Assembly: GCA_947454355.1 (NCBI GenBank)
Contig: CANGKR010000001.1
Span: 1-48,640, forward strand
Reading direction: 5' to 3'
Length of the DNA stretch: 48,640 nt
DNA from: Comamonadaceae bacterium
GTDB taxonomy: Bacteria; Pseudomonadota; Gammaproteobacteria; Burkholderiales; Burkholderiaceae_C
Shown here: positions 17,643 through 28,029 of the stretch, piece by piece
Numbering within the stretch: position 1 is the stretch's first letter
Layout of the letters: every line of letters starts with the position of its first letter
Notes under the pieces: generated by a model
Seen by the model: only the letters and a program-made list of their open reading frames with translations
Told to the model about the DNA's origin: nothing
The model's database searches: none
Program-made: the position numbers and the translations under genes

Positions 17643-18407
17643 TTACTTGAACTCGTAGCTCAAACCTGCAAAGCCGATGTTTTGACTGGCCGCTCCCGCC
17701 AAGGGGCTGTTCTTCACTGCACTGTCCAGCCACTTATGGCGCCACTGCAATTGCAAAGACCAAGGCCCACTCAAAGGGACGCTGGCCGCCACACCAATCA
17801 CAGGTGTGGTGGCCGCCCCAGCGGTGTAGGCCGTCATGCGCCCACCTGTCGCCAGGCTGGTTGCTGCTTCTGCGGCCGACACACCATACAGGTGTTGCAC
17901 ATAGGCTTGGCTGCGGTACTCGAGGCCCGCTTGCGGATAGACCTTGATACTGCCCAACTCCAGGCGAGCGCCGTAGGTCACATCCAACGCATGGCCTCCG
18001 GAATTCAGATCGTGCATGGCATACACAAACACACCGCCCAGCGAAGTACGCTGAAAGGTCCCCAGGCCAATAGGCATAGGTTGGCTACGCGAGGAGATGC
18101 CTTTGAGCAGGGTGTTATTGGCGTCATAGCCTTCTTGGCTGATGCGCAGCACTCCTTCCAGATGACCCAGGCCCAAGGGCATGATTTTGGCCCCCAGGGT
18201 GTCCACCCGCGCAAAAAATCGCCCCCAATCGCCATACACATACGGCAACACGGTGGTGGTGGTGTCTTTGCTTTTAATTGAGGCCGATGTGCTGTAGACC
18301 GCAGCGCCCAAATCACCCACAAAGCGATCTGGAGGAGCCTCTTGTGCCTGCAGTTGGGTTGCGGCCAAGGCCAAGTTGGCCAGTAGCACTTTTGAAATGG
18401 TGGTCAT
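17643..18407 (-). CDS. MipA/OmpV family outer-membrane protein
   Basis: Signal peptide, LPYVYG, YGVSAAEA, NSPL, terminal YEFK beta-strand. Confidence 0.8.
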   Translation of the reverse strand: MTTISKVLLANLALAATQLQAQEAPPDRFVGDLGAAVYSTSASIKSKDTTTTVLPYVYGDWGRFFARVDTLGAKIMPLGLGHLEGVLRISQEGYDANNTLLKGISSRSQPMPIGLGTFQRTSLGGVFVYAMHDLNSGGHALDVTYGARLELGSIKVYPQAGLEYRSQAYVQHLYGVSAAEAATSLATGGRMTAYTAGAATTPVIGVAASVPLSGPWSLQLQWRHKWLDSAVKNSPLAGAASQNIGFAGLSYEFK

Positions 18408-18430
18408 GTGTTAACTCCTGTTCAACAAAA

Positions 18431-19453
18431 TCATTCACCCACGATGCGGGCGTCCTTGACGATACGGGCCATGTTGTCGGATTCCTGGCTGATGATGCGC
18501 TTGAACTCCTGCACACTGGTTCTCAAAGGCAAACACTCGGTGGCGCTCAAGCGTTCACGTACCGCAGGCTGAGCCAAAACAGCCTGAATCTCGGCATTCA
18601 ATCTTTCCACGATGGCAGGCGGTGTCAGGGCGGGCGCCATCACACCAAATTGAGAGCTCACATTGGCAGGGGCAAAACCCAGCTCGCTCAAAGTGGGCAC
18701 CAGGGGCAAACTGTCCAGTCGACTGGGCGAGCCCACCGCCAGAGGGCGCAGTTTGCCTTCTCCGATGTACTGCAACACCGCCGAAGAAGCATTGACGCTG
18801 AGCAACTCAAACTGCCCGCCCAAGGCATCGGTAATTTGCTGACCACCGCCTTTGTAGGGCACATGGGTGAAGTCCACTTGCGCCAAGGCATGCAACTGCT
18901 CAAGCATGACATGGCCCAAAGAGGCTGACCCTGAGGTGGCCCAACGCAGCGAAAAAGGCTTGGCTTTGGCTACGGCCAACATGGCCTTGAAATCCGTAAA
19001 GGCCGCTGCCGGTGTGGCTACCAGCAAAACGGGGGAGACCATCACACCGGCCACAGGCGAGATGTCACGGGCTTCAACGACAGGCTTGCCCAAATGCGGG
19101 CTCAAGGTCAAAGGACTGACCGCCGAAAACGCGAAGGTGTAGCCGTCATGCGAAGACTTGGCCACACTGCTGACCCCCAGGGCCCCGCTGGCACCAGCTT
19201 TGTTTTCCACCAAGACCGGCACATTCAGACGCAGTGCCAGCCGCTCGGCCAGCAAACGGGCCATGACATCGCTCACGCCGCCGGGTGGGTAGGCCACGAC
19301 GAATTTGATGGGTTTTTGGGGCCAAGCGGGACTCATCGTGCCCAAGCCTTGGGCCCAAGCGTGCTGCAGCGGTCCGCCAAACAGGCCCAGACCAGCCCCC
19401 ATCAGAGCGCGTGCAGTCCAGTGCCGACGAGACAGTCTGCGCTCACCCATCAT
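18431..19453 (-). CDS. Bug/TctC tripartite tricarboxylate transporter substrate-binding protein
   Basis: WPQKPIKFVVAYPPGG.SD..AR, VENKAGASG, DGYT, HVPYKGG, VPT; twin-Arg-like leader; ATGA overlap with rfbC. Confidence 0.92.
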   Translation of the reverse strand: MMGERRLSRRHWTARALMGAGLGLFGGPLQHAWAQGLGTMSPAWPQKPIKFVVAYPPGGVSDVMARLLAERLALRLNVPVLVENKAGASGALGVSSVAKSSHDGYTFAFSAVSPLTLSPHLGKPVVEARDISPVAGVMVSPVLLVATPAAAFTDFKAMLAVAKAKPFSLRWATSGSASLGHVMLEQLHALAQVDFTHVPYKGGGQQITDALGGQFELLSVNASSAVLQYIGEGKLRPLAVGSPSRLDSLPLVPTLSELGFAPANVSSQFGVMAPALTPPAIVERLNAEIQAVLAQPAVRERLSATECLPLRTSVQEFKRIISQESDNMARIVKDARIVGE

Positions 19454-20001
19454 GCAAAACAAGCAGCTAGGGCCAAGGGCAAGCCAGCGGCGTCCTTGGC
19501 GGCCAATTGTGGTGGAAAGTCAATGGGCCACTCGATGCCCACCGCAGGGTCGTTCCATAACAAGCAGCGCTCGTGGACAGGCGCCCAGTAGTCGGTGGTC
19601 TTATACAAAAACTCGGCGCTTTCACTGAGCACCACAAAGCCGTGCGCAAAGCCTGGCGGCACCCACAACTGCCGATGGTTGTCTGCACTCAAACGCACAC
19701 CCTCCCACTGACCAAAGGTGGGCGAGGAGCGGCGCATATCCACCGCCACATCAAAAACCTCGCCCTGAACCACACGCACCAATTTACCCTGGGCCTGCTC
19801 AATTTGGTAATGCAGTCCCCGCAGCACGCCATGGGCGGATTTGCTGTGGTTATCCTGTACAAATTGCACATTCAGACCAGTGGCTTTTGCAAAATCGCGG
19901 GCGTTGAAACTCTCGAAGAAGAATCCCCGCTCGTCACCAAAGACTTGCGGCTGGAGGATCAATACATCGGAAAGAGCAGTCGGTGTGACGGTATAGGCCA
20001 T
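19450..20001 (-). CDS. rfbC: dTDP-4-dehydrorhamnose 3,5-epimerase
   Basis: FGDERGFF, FVQDNHS.S..GVLRGLHYQ, QGKLVRV, GFAHGF, YK. Confidence 0.97.
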   Translation of the reverse strand: MAYTVTPTALSDVLILQPQVFGDERGFFFESFNARDFAKATGLNVQFVQDNHSKSAHGVLRGLHYQIEQAQGKLVRVVQGEVFDVAVDMRRSSPTFGQWEGVRLSADNHRQLWVPPGFAHGFVVLSESAEFLYKTTDYWAPVHERCLLWNDPAVGIEWPIDFPPQLAAKDAAGLPLALAACFA

Positions 20002-20003
20002 GT

Positions 20004-20876
20004 TTATCGGATCAGATTCAGAAGGTATTGGCCATAGCCGTTTTTGGCCAGCGGCGCAGCCAGGCGGGCCACATCGGCTGCCTGGATCCAGCCTTGACTC
20101 AAAGCAATTTCTTCGGGGCAAGCCACCATCAGGCCTTGGCGCTTTTGCAAGGTGGCGATGAAACCCGCCGCCTCATGCAAGCTGTCGTGGGTGCCGGTGT
20201 CCAGCCAGGCATAGCCTCGGCCCATGATCTCAACATTCAACTGGCCCTGCGTGAGGTACTGACGGTTCACATCGGTGATTTCCAACTCACCACGCGCCGA
20301 GGGCTGGATGTGGGCAGCGATATCGCACACTTGTTCGTCGTAAAAATACAAACCCGTGACGGCATAGTTGCTTTGCGGCTTCAAAGGCTTTTCTTCGATG
20401 CTGATAGCGCGTTGGGCATCGTCAAACGCCACCACGCCATAGCGCTCGGGGTCGTGCACATGGTAGGCGAACACGCTGGCGCCTTGGCTGCGCTGATCGG
20501 CGCTGGAGAGCAAACGCACCAGGTCATGACCGTAAAAAATATTGTCACCCAGCACCAAGGCACTGGGGTGGTCTTTGACAAAGTCTTTGCCAATGATGAA
20601 GGCCTGTGCCAGGCCATCGGGACTGGGCTGCACCGCGTACTGGATGTTCATGCCCCATTGGCTTCCGTCGCCCAACAGCTCTGTGAATCGAGGCGTGTCC
20701 TGCGGGGTGCTGATCAGCAGCACATCGCGTATGCCTGCCAGCATGAGCGTGGTCAAAGGGTAATAGACCATGGGCTTGTCATAGACCGGCATGAGTTGCT
20801 TGCTCACAGCCTGGGTCACCGGGTACAAACGCGTTCCGGAACCGCCCGCCAGGATGATGCCTTTTCTGTGTTTCAT
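20004..20876 (-). CDS. rfbA: Glucose-1-phosphate thymidylyltransferase
   Basis: [51 protein letters not shown]. Confidence 0.98.
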   Translation of the reverse strand: MKHRKGIILAGGSGTRLYPVTQAVSKQLMPVYDKPMVYYPLTTLMLAGIRDVLLISTPQDTPRFTELLGDGSQWGMNIQYAVQPSPDGLAQAFIIGKDFVKDHPSALVLGDNIFYGHDLVRLLSSADQRSQGASVFAYHVHDPERYGVVAFDDAQRAISIEEKPLKPQSNYAVTGLYFYDEQVCDIAAHIQPSARGELEITDVNRQYLTQGQLNVEIMGRGYAWLDTGTHDSLHEAAGFIATLQKRQGLMVACPEEIALSQGWIQAADVARLAAPLAKNGYGQYLLNLIR

Positions 20877-20911
20877 CCCGCTATTGTGGCACGCGGCCTG
20901 CCCTTTTGGCC

Positions 20912-21547
20912 TCAAGCAGTCGGCGGTGCGGCGGGTGGCCCGCCGTCAGGAATAGACTGGATTTTCAGGGCAGCCAATTTGGCACGCAACACATTGAGTT
21001 CTGTGCGGTAACTTTCGGCGTCGCCAAAGTCGACAAAGCCCATGTAGTAAGGGTGCGCTTGCAGGACCTTGCGGGCATGTTTGATGGGGCACCAGTACTG
21101 TTCAGTTTGCCCAACAACCTCGCGAGCATAGGCAATCAAACCATTGCCATACGAGCAATAAGCGCAGTTGATTTTTTCGATGATGTTCAGGTAGCCCAGG
21201 TGCACGCGGTCAAAAACAAAATATTCAGCCCGCTTCACCCTGGCCAGGCCATACAAAGGAAAACACACCCACTGGTAAACCCAGACAAACAGGTCGAACA
21301 GCACCATCGGAAAAAACACCGCATAAATCAGAGGGGCGGATAAAAAGCTTTTCCAGTCGGAGCTCAGCAGGTACTTGAACACACCCATCTTGAAGCGCTG
21401 CTGCTGTGCCAGCACCTCTTGCTCAAAGCGCACACGCGTGGCCTCAAAGTCGGCCTTCAATTCTGTTCTTTTGCGCTGCAATTCCTGTTCGATTTCGTGC
21501 TCCATCGCACGAATGGTCTCCAGCAGGGCTTCGATTTTGGCGTTCAA
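20912..21547 (-). CDS. Conserved hypothetical membrane protein with CxxC (CAYC) and YWCPIKH motifs
   Basis: N-terminal coiled coil, TM segment, Cys/His-rich C-terminus; TTG start overlapping the upstream stop. Confidence 0.7.
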   Translation of the reverse strand: MNAKIEALLETIRAMEHEIEQELQRKRTELKADFEATRVRFEQEVLAQQQRFKMGVFKYLLSSDWKSFLSAPLIYAVFFPMVLFDLFVWVYQWVCFPLYGLARVKRAEYFVFDRVHLGYLNIIEKINCAYCSYGNGLIAYAREVVGQTEQYWCPIKHARKVLQAHPYYMGFVDFGDAESYRTELNVLRAKLAALKIQSIPDGGPPAAPPTA

Positions 21548-21858
21548 GACGCGCTGTCGATGTCGGCCACAACGGGCTTGCGCACACGCACGACTGCGCG
21601 GGACAAAACTTCCACATAGCAAGTAGCAGCGCCGGATTTGGCTACGGCATCGATCAAAGGCACAACTTGCGTAAAAGCCGCCGCCAGGGCCTCATCAGTG
21701 CTGGGGCCGACTCTGCAGTCGAAGTCCCAATAGTCAAAACCTTCGGGCAAAGTCTTGCGGCCTTCGCGGCGGGCGTATTTGCGCACCTCGTGCTTGAGAG
21801 CCTCCAGAACGCGGTCGGGGTTCTTGCCTTCAATTTGCAAAGGAAATGTTTTTTTCAT
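21544..21858 (-). CDS. Conserved hypothetical protein (DUF6172-like)
   Basis: MKKTF..., KY.RRE.RK.LPEG.DYWDFDCR.G, YVE motifs. Confidence 0.7.
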   Translation of the reverse strand: MKKTFPLQIEGKNPDRVLEALKHEVRKYARREGRKTLPEGFDYWDFDCRVGPSTDEALAAAFTQVVPLIDAVAKSGAATCYVEVLSRAVVRVRKPVVADIDSAS

Positions 21859-21990
21859 GGGGCTTTCTCAAGGGGGTGCGTTGCCCCGTAGACGGATCTG
21901 TGCCGCCTCGCAGCGGATGACCCCATTATGCGTCTATGCTCGACAACATGGGGCTGTGAAGCTGGCCCCCTATTAACTCGGATCGACTGT

Positions 21991-23265
21991 ATGACCTTTT
22001 CCAGCCTGGGGCTGCGCCCTGAACTGCTCCAAGCCCTCAAGCCCAAGGACTATCCCGCACCGACGCCGATTCAAAGCTTGGCCATTCCCGCCATCTTGGC
22101 GGGAGACGATGTGCAGGCCAGTGCGCAAACGGGTTCGGGCAAAACGGCGGCCTATGCCCTGCCACTCTTGCAGCAATGGCTGATGCAGCAGCGCCAAACA
22201 CCCCGACGGGTGCGCAGCCTGGTGCTGGTGCCCACGCGCGAATTGGCTGTGCAAGTCGGCGAGACGCTGCGCCAGTTGTCGCTGCATGCCGGAGCCATCA
22301 AGATCACCGTGGTGTTCGGTGGTGTGTCGATCAACCCGCAAATGATGGGCCTGCGCGGCGGCGCCGATGTGGTGGTGGCCACACCGGGGCGACTGCTGGA
22401 TTTGCTGAGCAAAAACGCCTTGAACTTGTCCGAAGTGCAGACCCTCGTGCTGGACGAAGCCGACAAATTGATGGACCTGGGCTTTCACGAGGAGCTACAA
22501 GCTATCCTCCAAAGTCTGCCCCCACACCGACAAAACTTGCTGTTTTCAGCCACCTTTGCGCCAGCAGTGCAAAGCTTGGCCGATGTCCTGTTGCACAAAC
22601 CACAACGCCTGGACGTGCTACCCGATGAACGCCCGGCCGACATCACCCAACGTGCTGTGGCAGTGGATGCTCCACAGCGCACGCAACTGCTGAGGCATCT
22701 CATCCAAACCCACGGCTGGAAGCGGGTTCTGGTTTTTGCAGCCACTCAACATGCTTGTCAGATCATTGCCGCCAAATTGCGCAAGGCTGACATCCATGCC
22801 GAGCCCTTTCATGGGCAATTGGGTCAAGGCAAACGCAGCCAGGTGCTGGCTGACTTCAAAGCTTCGCGCCTGAAAGTAGTGATCGCCACCGATGTGGCCG
22901 CTCGCGGCCTGGACATTGCCGAACTGCCCGTGGTGGTCAATTTCGATTTGCCTCGATCGGCGGTGGACTACACCCACCGCATCGGCCGTACCGGTCGGGC
23001 TGGGCACAGTGGCCTGGCGGTGAGCTTTGTCAGCCAGGACACGGAGGCACACTGGCGCTTGATTGAAAAACGCCAAAGCATCTCGGTGCCGCGCGAAGTG
23101 CTGGAAGGCTTTGAACCGAGCGCGCCCGCCGCGCTCAAGGCTCCCTCAGGGGCAGCTCACCCTCCTGGAGTCGCGCATGACCCGAATGGCGGCATCAAAG
23201 GCAAGCGTCCGAACAAAAAAGACAAGCTGCGCATGGCGCAGGCTTTGGCCAACACAGGCAGCTGA
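21991..23265 (+). CDS. DEAD-box RNA helicase (RhlE-like)
   Basis: PTPIQ, AQTGSGKT, PTRELA, TPGRL, DEAD, SAT, ARGLD, HRIGRTGR. Confidence 0.96.
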   Translation: MTFSSLGLRPELLQALKPKDYPAPTPIQSLAIPAILAGDDVQASAQTGSGKTAAYALPLLQQWLMQQRQTPRRVRSLVLVPTRELAVQVGETLRQLSLHAGAIKITVVFGGVSINPQMMGLRGGADVVVATPGRLLDLLSKNALNLSEVQTLVLDEADKLMDLGFHEELQAILQSLPPHRQNLLFSATFAPAVQSLADVLLHKPQRLDVLPDERPADITQRAVAVDAPQRTQLLRHLIQTHGWKRVLVFAATQHACQIIAAKLRKADIHAEPFHGQLGQGKRSQVLADFKASRLKVVIATDVAARGLDIAELPVVVNFDLPRSAVDYTHRIGRTGRAGHSGLAVSFVSQDTEAHWRLIEKRQSISVPREVLEGFEPSAPAALKAPSGAAHPPGVAHDPNGGIKGKRPNKKDKLRMAQALANTGS

Positions 23266-23321
23266 GTCAGTCACAGACAGCACCAGGCCATGGACTGGAA
23301 CCAATGCTGTCGCTGGGCCGA

Positions 23322-24233
23322 TCAGCTCTTTCGGGCGGCCAGGGCCATGCCCACTTCGTGACTGCCTTGAGCCGAACCGGACAGGGGCACGATCTGACCC
23401 GCCTGGTCTTTGACCTGGGCCAATGCGGCAGCCAAAAGTTCTGGCGTATCAGGCGAGACGCCCAAATGCAGGCCCTGGGTCATGGTGATGTGGGCTGCTT
23501 CAAAGCTGCCCGCGCCTGCGCACAAGATGGTTCGGTTGGGCGCTTGTTCGCTTGCCATGACCAGCATGGCGGGCACCACCGCTTCGGGTTGCAAGGCATT
23601 CAAGACTTCTTCGGACATCAGGCCTTCGGTCATGCGGGTGGCTGCGGTGGGCGCCAGACAATTGACCTTGATGCCATGTTTTTCGCCTTCGATGGACAGG
23701 GTTTGCATCAAGCCTGCCAAAGCCATTTTGGCGGCGCCATAGTTGGCCTGACCAAAGTTGCCATACAACCCACTGGACGAGGTGGTCAAGACCACACGGC
23801 CATAGTTTTGAGCTTGCATGATCGCCCACACCGCTTTGGTGCAATGGACCGCGCCCATCAAGTGGACATCCATGACCAAACGGAAATCAGCCAGATCCAT
23901 CTTGGCAAAACTCTTGTCGCGCAAAATGCCCGCGTTGTTGACCAGGATGTCCACCCGGCCCCAGGTGTCCATGGTCTGCTGGACCATGGCCTGCACAGCG
24001 GCAAAGTCGGTGACCGAAGCGCCATTGACAATGGCCTCGCCGCCGTGTTGACGGATTTCATCGACCACCGCCTGCGCGGCGCTGACCGAGCCGCCCTCGC
24101 CATGCACATCGGCCCCCAGATCATTGACCACCACCTTGGCCCCTCGAGCCGCCAGAGCCAGGGCATGCTGCTTGCCCAAACCGCCGCCGGCACCTGTGAC
24201 GATGGCCACTCGGCCTGTGAAATCGATACGCAT
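23322..24233 (-). CDS. SDR oxidoreductase, MFE-2/3-hydroxyacyl-CoA dehydrogenase-like
   Basis: TGAGGGLG, VVVNDLG, NNAGILRD, GNFGQANYGAAK, TRMT. Confidence 0.92.
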   Translation of the reverse strand: MRIDFTGRVAIVTGAGGGLGKQHALALAARGAKVVVNDLGADVHGEGGSVSAAQAVVDEIRQHGGEAIVNGASVTDFAAVQAMVQQTMDTWGRVDILVNNAGILRDKSFAKMDLADFRLVMDVHLMGAVHCTKAVWAIMQAQNYGRVVLTTSSSGLYGNFGQANYGAAKMALAGLMQTLSIEGEKHGIKVNCLAPTAATRMTEGLMSEEVLNALQPEAVVPAMLVMASEQAPNRTILCAGAGSFEAAHITMTQGLHLGVSPDTPELLAAALAQVKDQAGQIVPLSGSAQGSHEVGMALAARKS

Positions 24234-24387
24234 GTGAGCTACACCTTGAATGGAATTGAAATGACGCCTAGGTGCCACAGCCGGAGCCCCACAGGGATCC
24301 AACTCTGATAGCCTGAAGCACTGGCGCCAATATAGGCCCAAACGCCCACCGGCTCTGTTGCCGGTTTGACAGCCCACAGGACACCGC

Positions 24388-25269
24388 ATGCAAATCAATT
24401 CAACTGTCGTTGACACCCCGCCCTTGGATTCGGCCACCGTGGTCATGTTGCGCGATGGGGCGCAGGGCATGGAAGTCTTGCTTCTCAAACGCAGTGCCGC
24501 ATCTGCAGTGTTGGGCGGGGCCTTTGTATTCCCGGGTGGCAAGCTCGATGCGGCCGATGCCCACCCCGAAGTCTTGCAACATCTTGACAGACCCCTGCCC
24601 GCCTTGCATGCGCGCTTGGGTGAAGCCGACCTGCCAGAGGGCAAGGCCGCCAGTTTGTTTGTAGCCGCTTTGCGCGAAGCTTTTGAAGAATCCAACGTCT
24701 TGTTTGCTCAAGCCCAGGTAGAGCACACCCAGGCATTGGTGCAGGCCCGCGAACGCTTGGGGCAGGGCTTGCCCTTTGCACAGGTGCTGCAAGGCGGAGC
24801 CTTGACTCTGCAAACAGAGTCCTTGGTGCCCTGGTCTCGCTGGATCACTCCCCGCGTGCCTTCGGTCACGAACAAGCGCTTTGACACACGCTTCTTTTTG
24901 GCACATGCCCCCAGCGACCAAATCGCCTCGCATGACAACCACGAAACCACCGAGAGCGCCTGGCTCAACCCGCGTCAAGCCTTGATGATGTATTGGGATG
25001 GACAGATCGAGTTGGCGCCGCCCCAAATCATGAGCCTGTCCCACCTGACCCGATATGACTCAGCGGCCAGTGCCATGGCGTCAGCCCGCGAGCGGACACC
25101 GCCGTTGATCCAACCCGAACCCTTCGACCAGGACGGTATGCGCGTGATCTGTTATCCGGGTGACGAACGCCATTCCCGCAAAGAGCGCGCCCTGCCCGGA
25201 CCGACCCGTTTACAGTTTCGCAACAAGCGTTTTGAACCCTTAGGAGGATTGGACGATTTGCTTGGTTAA
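24388..25269 (+). CDS. NUDIX hydrolase (Nudt19/RP2-like)
   Basis: SATVV.LRD, VFPGGK.D, AALREAFEE, RWITP, RFDTRFF. Confidence 0.85.
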   Translation: MQINSTVVDTPPLDSATVVMLRDGAQGMEVLLLKRSAASAVLGGAFVFPGGKLDAADAHPEVLQHLDRPLPALHARLGEADLPEGKAASLFVAALREAFEESNVLFAQAQVEHTQALVQARERLGQGLPFAQVLQGGALTLQTESLVPWSRWITPRVPSVTNKRFDTRFFLAHAPSDQIASHDNHETTESAWLNPRQALMMYWDGQIELAPPQIMSLSHLTRYDSAASAMASARERTPPLIQPEPFDQDGMRVICYPGDERHSRKERALPGPTRLQFRNKRFEPLGGLDDLLG

Positions 25270-25317
25270 AATCAAGTTTGTTAGCAAATTGTTACAACCT
25301 GAACACACCTTGTCGTC

Positions 25318-25695
25318 ATGAGCCCGTCCTCAGCCCCCGCCTTCAAATTCCTCTCGGTCGAGCGGGGAATGGAGTTCATTGGTGACGAAGCAGGATTTTT
25401 GTCGCTACTTAAAACCCTGCACAAAACCTTGACCACCGACATCGCTCTGATCAGCGACTTGCTGGCCAAAGACGATGTGCCCGGCGCCAACCGTTTATTG
25501 CACCAAGTTAAAGGTTTTGCGCCTGTGTTTTGTGTGGACGCCTTGGTCGAGCATGTGGTGCAAGTGGAAGTGCTGAGCAAGCACGGTGATACCGCCGAAG
25601 TCAGCAAAGCATTTCGCAAACTCGCGCCGCAATTGGAACAACTGCGCAACGAAGTCGCGGCCCATCTGGCCGCGAATCAACTAACGCTCGACTGA
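25318..25695 (+). CDS. Stand-alone Hpt (histidine phosphotransfer) domain protein
   Basis: Helical bundle with LLHQVKG (H-x-x-K-G) motif. Confidence 0.75.
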   Translation: MSPSSAPAFKFLSVERGMEFIGDEAGFLSLLKTLHKTLTTDIALISDLLAKDDVPGANRLLHQVKGFAPVFCVDALVEHVVQVEVLSKHGDTAEVSKAFRKLAPQLEQLRNEVAAHLAANQLTLD

Positions 25696-26669
25696 GCAGC
25701 CATTTCGCGCCGCAGCCATTGTTCCACCAACGCTGGCTCCTGCAACAACCGCACTTCGTCAAATGCCGCCTGCGCTTCGGGATAACTGCGGCGTAAGTAA
25801 TTCAACCATTGTTTGAGACGACCCGCACGATGGCGCGGCGCCACATGCAGCGCCACACGCTGCCAGAACTGCAGCATCAACGGCAATAAACGGGCCCAGG
25901 GAGCTGATCTGTCAGCACCCGAAGACAAGCTGTATCCCTTCAAGCCCCTGTCGTGCGCCTGAATGGCCAAACACAACCCCGGGTCAGCCACCATGCCACG
26001 CCCTATCATCAAGTCCACACACCCTGACACCTGGCGGCATCGCAGCGCATCGGCCACGGTCCAGATTTCGCCATTCGCGATCAAAGGCAGTTGAACCACT
26101 GCCCGCAAGTCGGCAATGCGCTCCCAATAGGCGGGCGGTTTGTAGCCATGGGCTTTGGTGCGGGCATGCACAACCAACTCGCTGGCTCCAGCAGCCTCGA
26201 TGGCCTGAGCGCACTCTTCGGCGCGGCTGTCATCTTTGTAGCCCAGTCGCATCTTGGCCGACACCGGCACCGCCGCTGGCACCGCTCGGCGCACTGCGGC
26301 CACGATACGGGCGACGGTCTCAGGCTCATCCAGCAAGACAGCACCGCCGCGGTGCAGGTTCACGGTTTTGGCGGGGCAGCCAAAGTTCAAGTCGATGCCC
26401 GCCGAGCCCATTTCTGCCAAGCGGGCCGCATTGTCGGCCAGGCACTGCGCGTCCGAACCGAGCAATTGCGCACGCACCGGCACACCTGCTGCGGTTCGGC
26501 TGTGGTTGCGCAACTCGGGAACCACTCGCTCGAAGGCGTGGTAAGGCAACAAGGTGCCGGTGACCCGGATGAATTCAGAAACGCAGCGATCGACACCGCC
26601 CACCTTGGTGAGCGCATCACGCAAGGAATGGTCCAACAAGCCCTCCATCGGGGCCAGGATCAGCTTCAA
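25677..26669 (-). CDS. dusC: tRNA-dihydrouridine synthase C
   Basis: LAPMEG, EFIRV, IDLNFGCP, GGAVLL, KMRLG, VHART, ANGEI, GRLKQW. Confidence 0.92.
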   Translation of the reverse strand: MKLILAPMEGLLDHSLRDALTKVGGVDRCVSEFIRVTGTLLPYHAFERVVPELRNHSRTAAGVPVRAQLLGSDAQCLADNAARLAEMGSAGIDLNFGCPAKTVNLHRGGAVLLDEPETVARIVAAVRRAVPAAVPVSAKMRLGYKDDSRAEECAQAIEAAGASELVVHARTKAHGYKPPAYWERIADLRAVVQLPLIANGEIWTVADALRCRQVSGCVDLMIGRGMVADPGLCLAIQAHDRGLKGYSLSSGADRSAPWARLLPLMLQFWQRVALHVAPRHRAGRLKQWLNYLRRSYPEAQAAFDEVRLLQEPALVEQWLRREMAAQSSVS

Positions 26670-26671
26670 GC

Positions 26672-27190
26672 TCAGCCCAAGCTGCGCTTCAAACGCACTT
26701 CTTCCACTCGGGCGTCGCCCATCGGCACAGTGCGGGCGGTGTTCATTTCGCGCTTGAAACCGGCCATATCATGAAAGCGCAAAGTGCGCTCTTGACGCAA
26801 TGGCAACCACACCGTCACATCCGTGCAACCTTCGTCGACCAAGCCTTCGCGGGCCGCATCCCACAAAGCCAAGCCAATGCCTTGCCCGATTCGGTCCGGG
26901 TCCACATAAAACGCCCAGATTTCACCGGTCGTGTTGGGGGTTTTGGGATCTCGCGAACGGTCGTAGCCGATCATGCCCACGATGATGTCGTCTTCGAGCG
27001 CCACCAACACTTGAGGCTCTCCAAATTCAATCGCCTCTTTCCAATAAGAGGTGCGTTTAGGCATGGGGGTCGCGGCCCAGTGCTCGAAGGGGACCTGCCC
27101 TTCGTACAAAGACATGGTCGCGACCAAATGCAACTGCGCCACATCAGCAGCGTCTTTCAAGGTGGCAAAACGGACTTGGATATCGGACAT
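26672..27190 (-). CDS. GNAT family N-acetyltransferase
   Basis: GEIWAFYVDP..IGQGIG acetyl-CoA motif A; GF motif B. Confidence 0.88.
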   Translation of the reverse strand: MSDIQVRFATLKDAADVAQLHLVATMSLYEGQVPFEHWAATPMPKRTSYWKEAIEFGEPQVLVALEDDIIVGMIGYDRSRDPKTPNTTGEIWAFYVDPDRIGQGIGLALWDAAREGLVDEGCTDVTVWLPLRQERTLRFHDMAGFKREMNTARTVPMGDARVEEVRLKRSLG

Positions 27191-27276
27191 ACAAACAAAC
27201 TGAAAAATTCAAGGACTGGACAAACTTGTCTCTACAGGTTTGCCTTCAACCCCTGATTGTCGGTTATCTTTGGCCC

Positions 27277-28029
27277 ATGTACACATTTGTTGCACGCGCT
27301 ACGGTGGCAGGATTTTTTATGTTGCTGGGTGCTCTGGGAATGTCGATGCCCAGCCATGCCAAAGGATTTGAAGATTCCATGGCCGAGCGCACACGAGCCT
27401 GCACCGCCTGTCATGGGGATCAGGGCCGCGCCGGACCGGATGGTTACTACCCGCGTTTGGCCGGCAAGCCGGCCGGTTACCTTTACAACCAATTGAAAAA
27501 TTTCAGTGAAGGTCGCCGGCATTACGGCCTGATGAGCCGAATGGTGGACCCGCTGTCAGATGCGTATTTGCAAGAGATCGCCCAGTATTTTTCTGAGTTG
27601 AAACTGCCCTACCCTGCTGCCGCGCAACCGAGTTCTCGCATGCCAGTGGCGACATTGGCCCGCGGTCGCCAACTGGCTTTGCAAGGTGATGCGGCACGCC
27701 AAGTGCCCGCCTGCATGCAATGCCATGGTGAACGTTTGACCGGCTTACAGCCCCATGTGCCGGGCTTGCTGGGGCTACCGCTCGATTACCTCAATGCCCA
27801 ACTGGGCGCATGGCAAACGCAGCAGCGCCAGGCCAAGGCCCCTGACTGCATGGCCCAGATTGTCAAGCGACTTGACAGCAGCGATTTGATGGCAGTGGCC
27901 ACTTGGTTGTCGACCCAGTCTTTGCCCGCAGACACCACTGCCGCGACCCAAGCCCCGCGAATACGTCTCCATACAGAGCGGGTTGATCTGGACTGTGGGA
28001 GTGCGCCCGAATTGAAAGCCCAACCATGA
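27277..28029 (+). CDS. Diheme cytochrome c4/c553
   Basis: Signal peptide, CTACH, YPRLAG...YL, CMQCH. Confidence 0.9.
   Translation: MYTFVARATVAGFFMLLGALGMSMPSHAKGFEDSMAERTRACTACHGDQGRAGPDGYYPRLAGKPAGYLYNQLKNFSEGRRHYGLMSRMVDPLSDAYLQEIAQYFSELKLPYPAAAQPSSRMPVATLARGRQLALQGDAARQVPACMQCHGERLTGLQPHVPGLLGLPLDYLNAQLGAWQTQQRQAKAPDCMAQIVKRLDSSDLMAVATWLSTQSLPADTTAATQAPRIRLHTERVDLDCGSAPELKAQP

Noticed and set aside
24234-24695. Long N-terminal extension of the SDR ORF
   Set aside because: Overlaps the divergent NUDIX gene; the SDR fold starts at MRIDFTG (24233).
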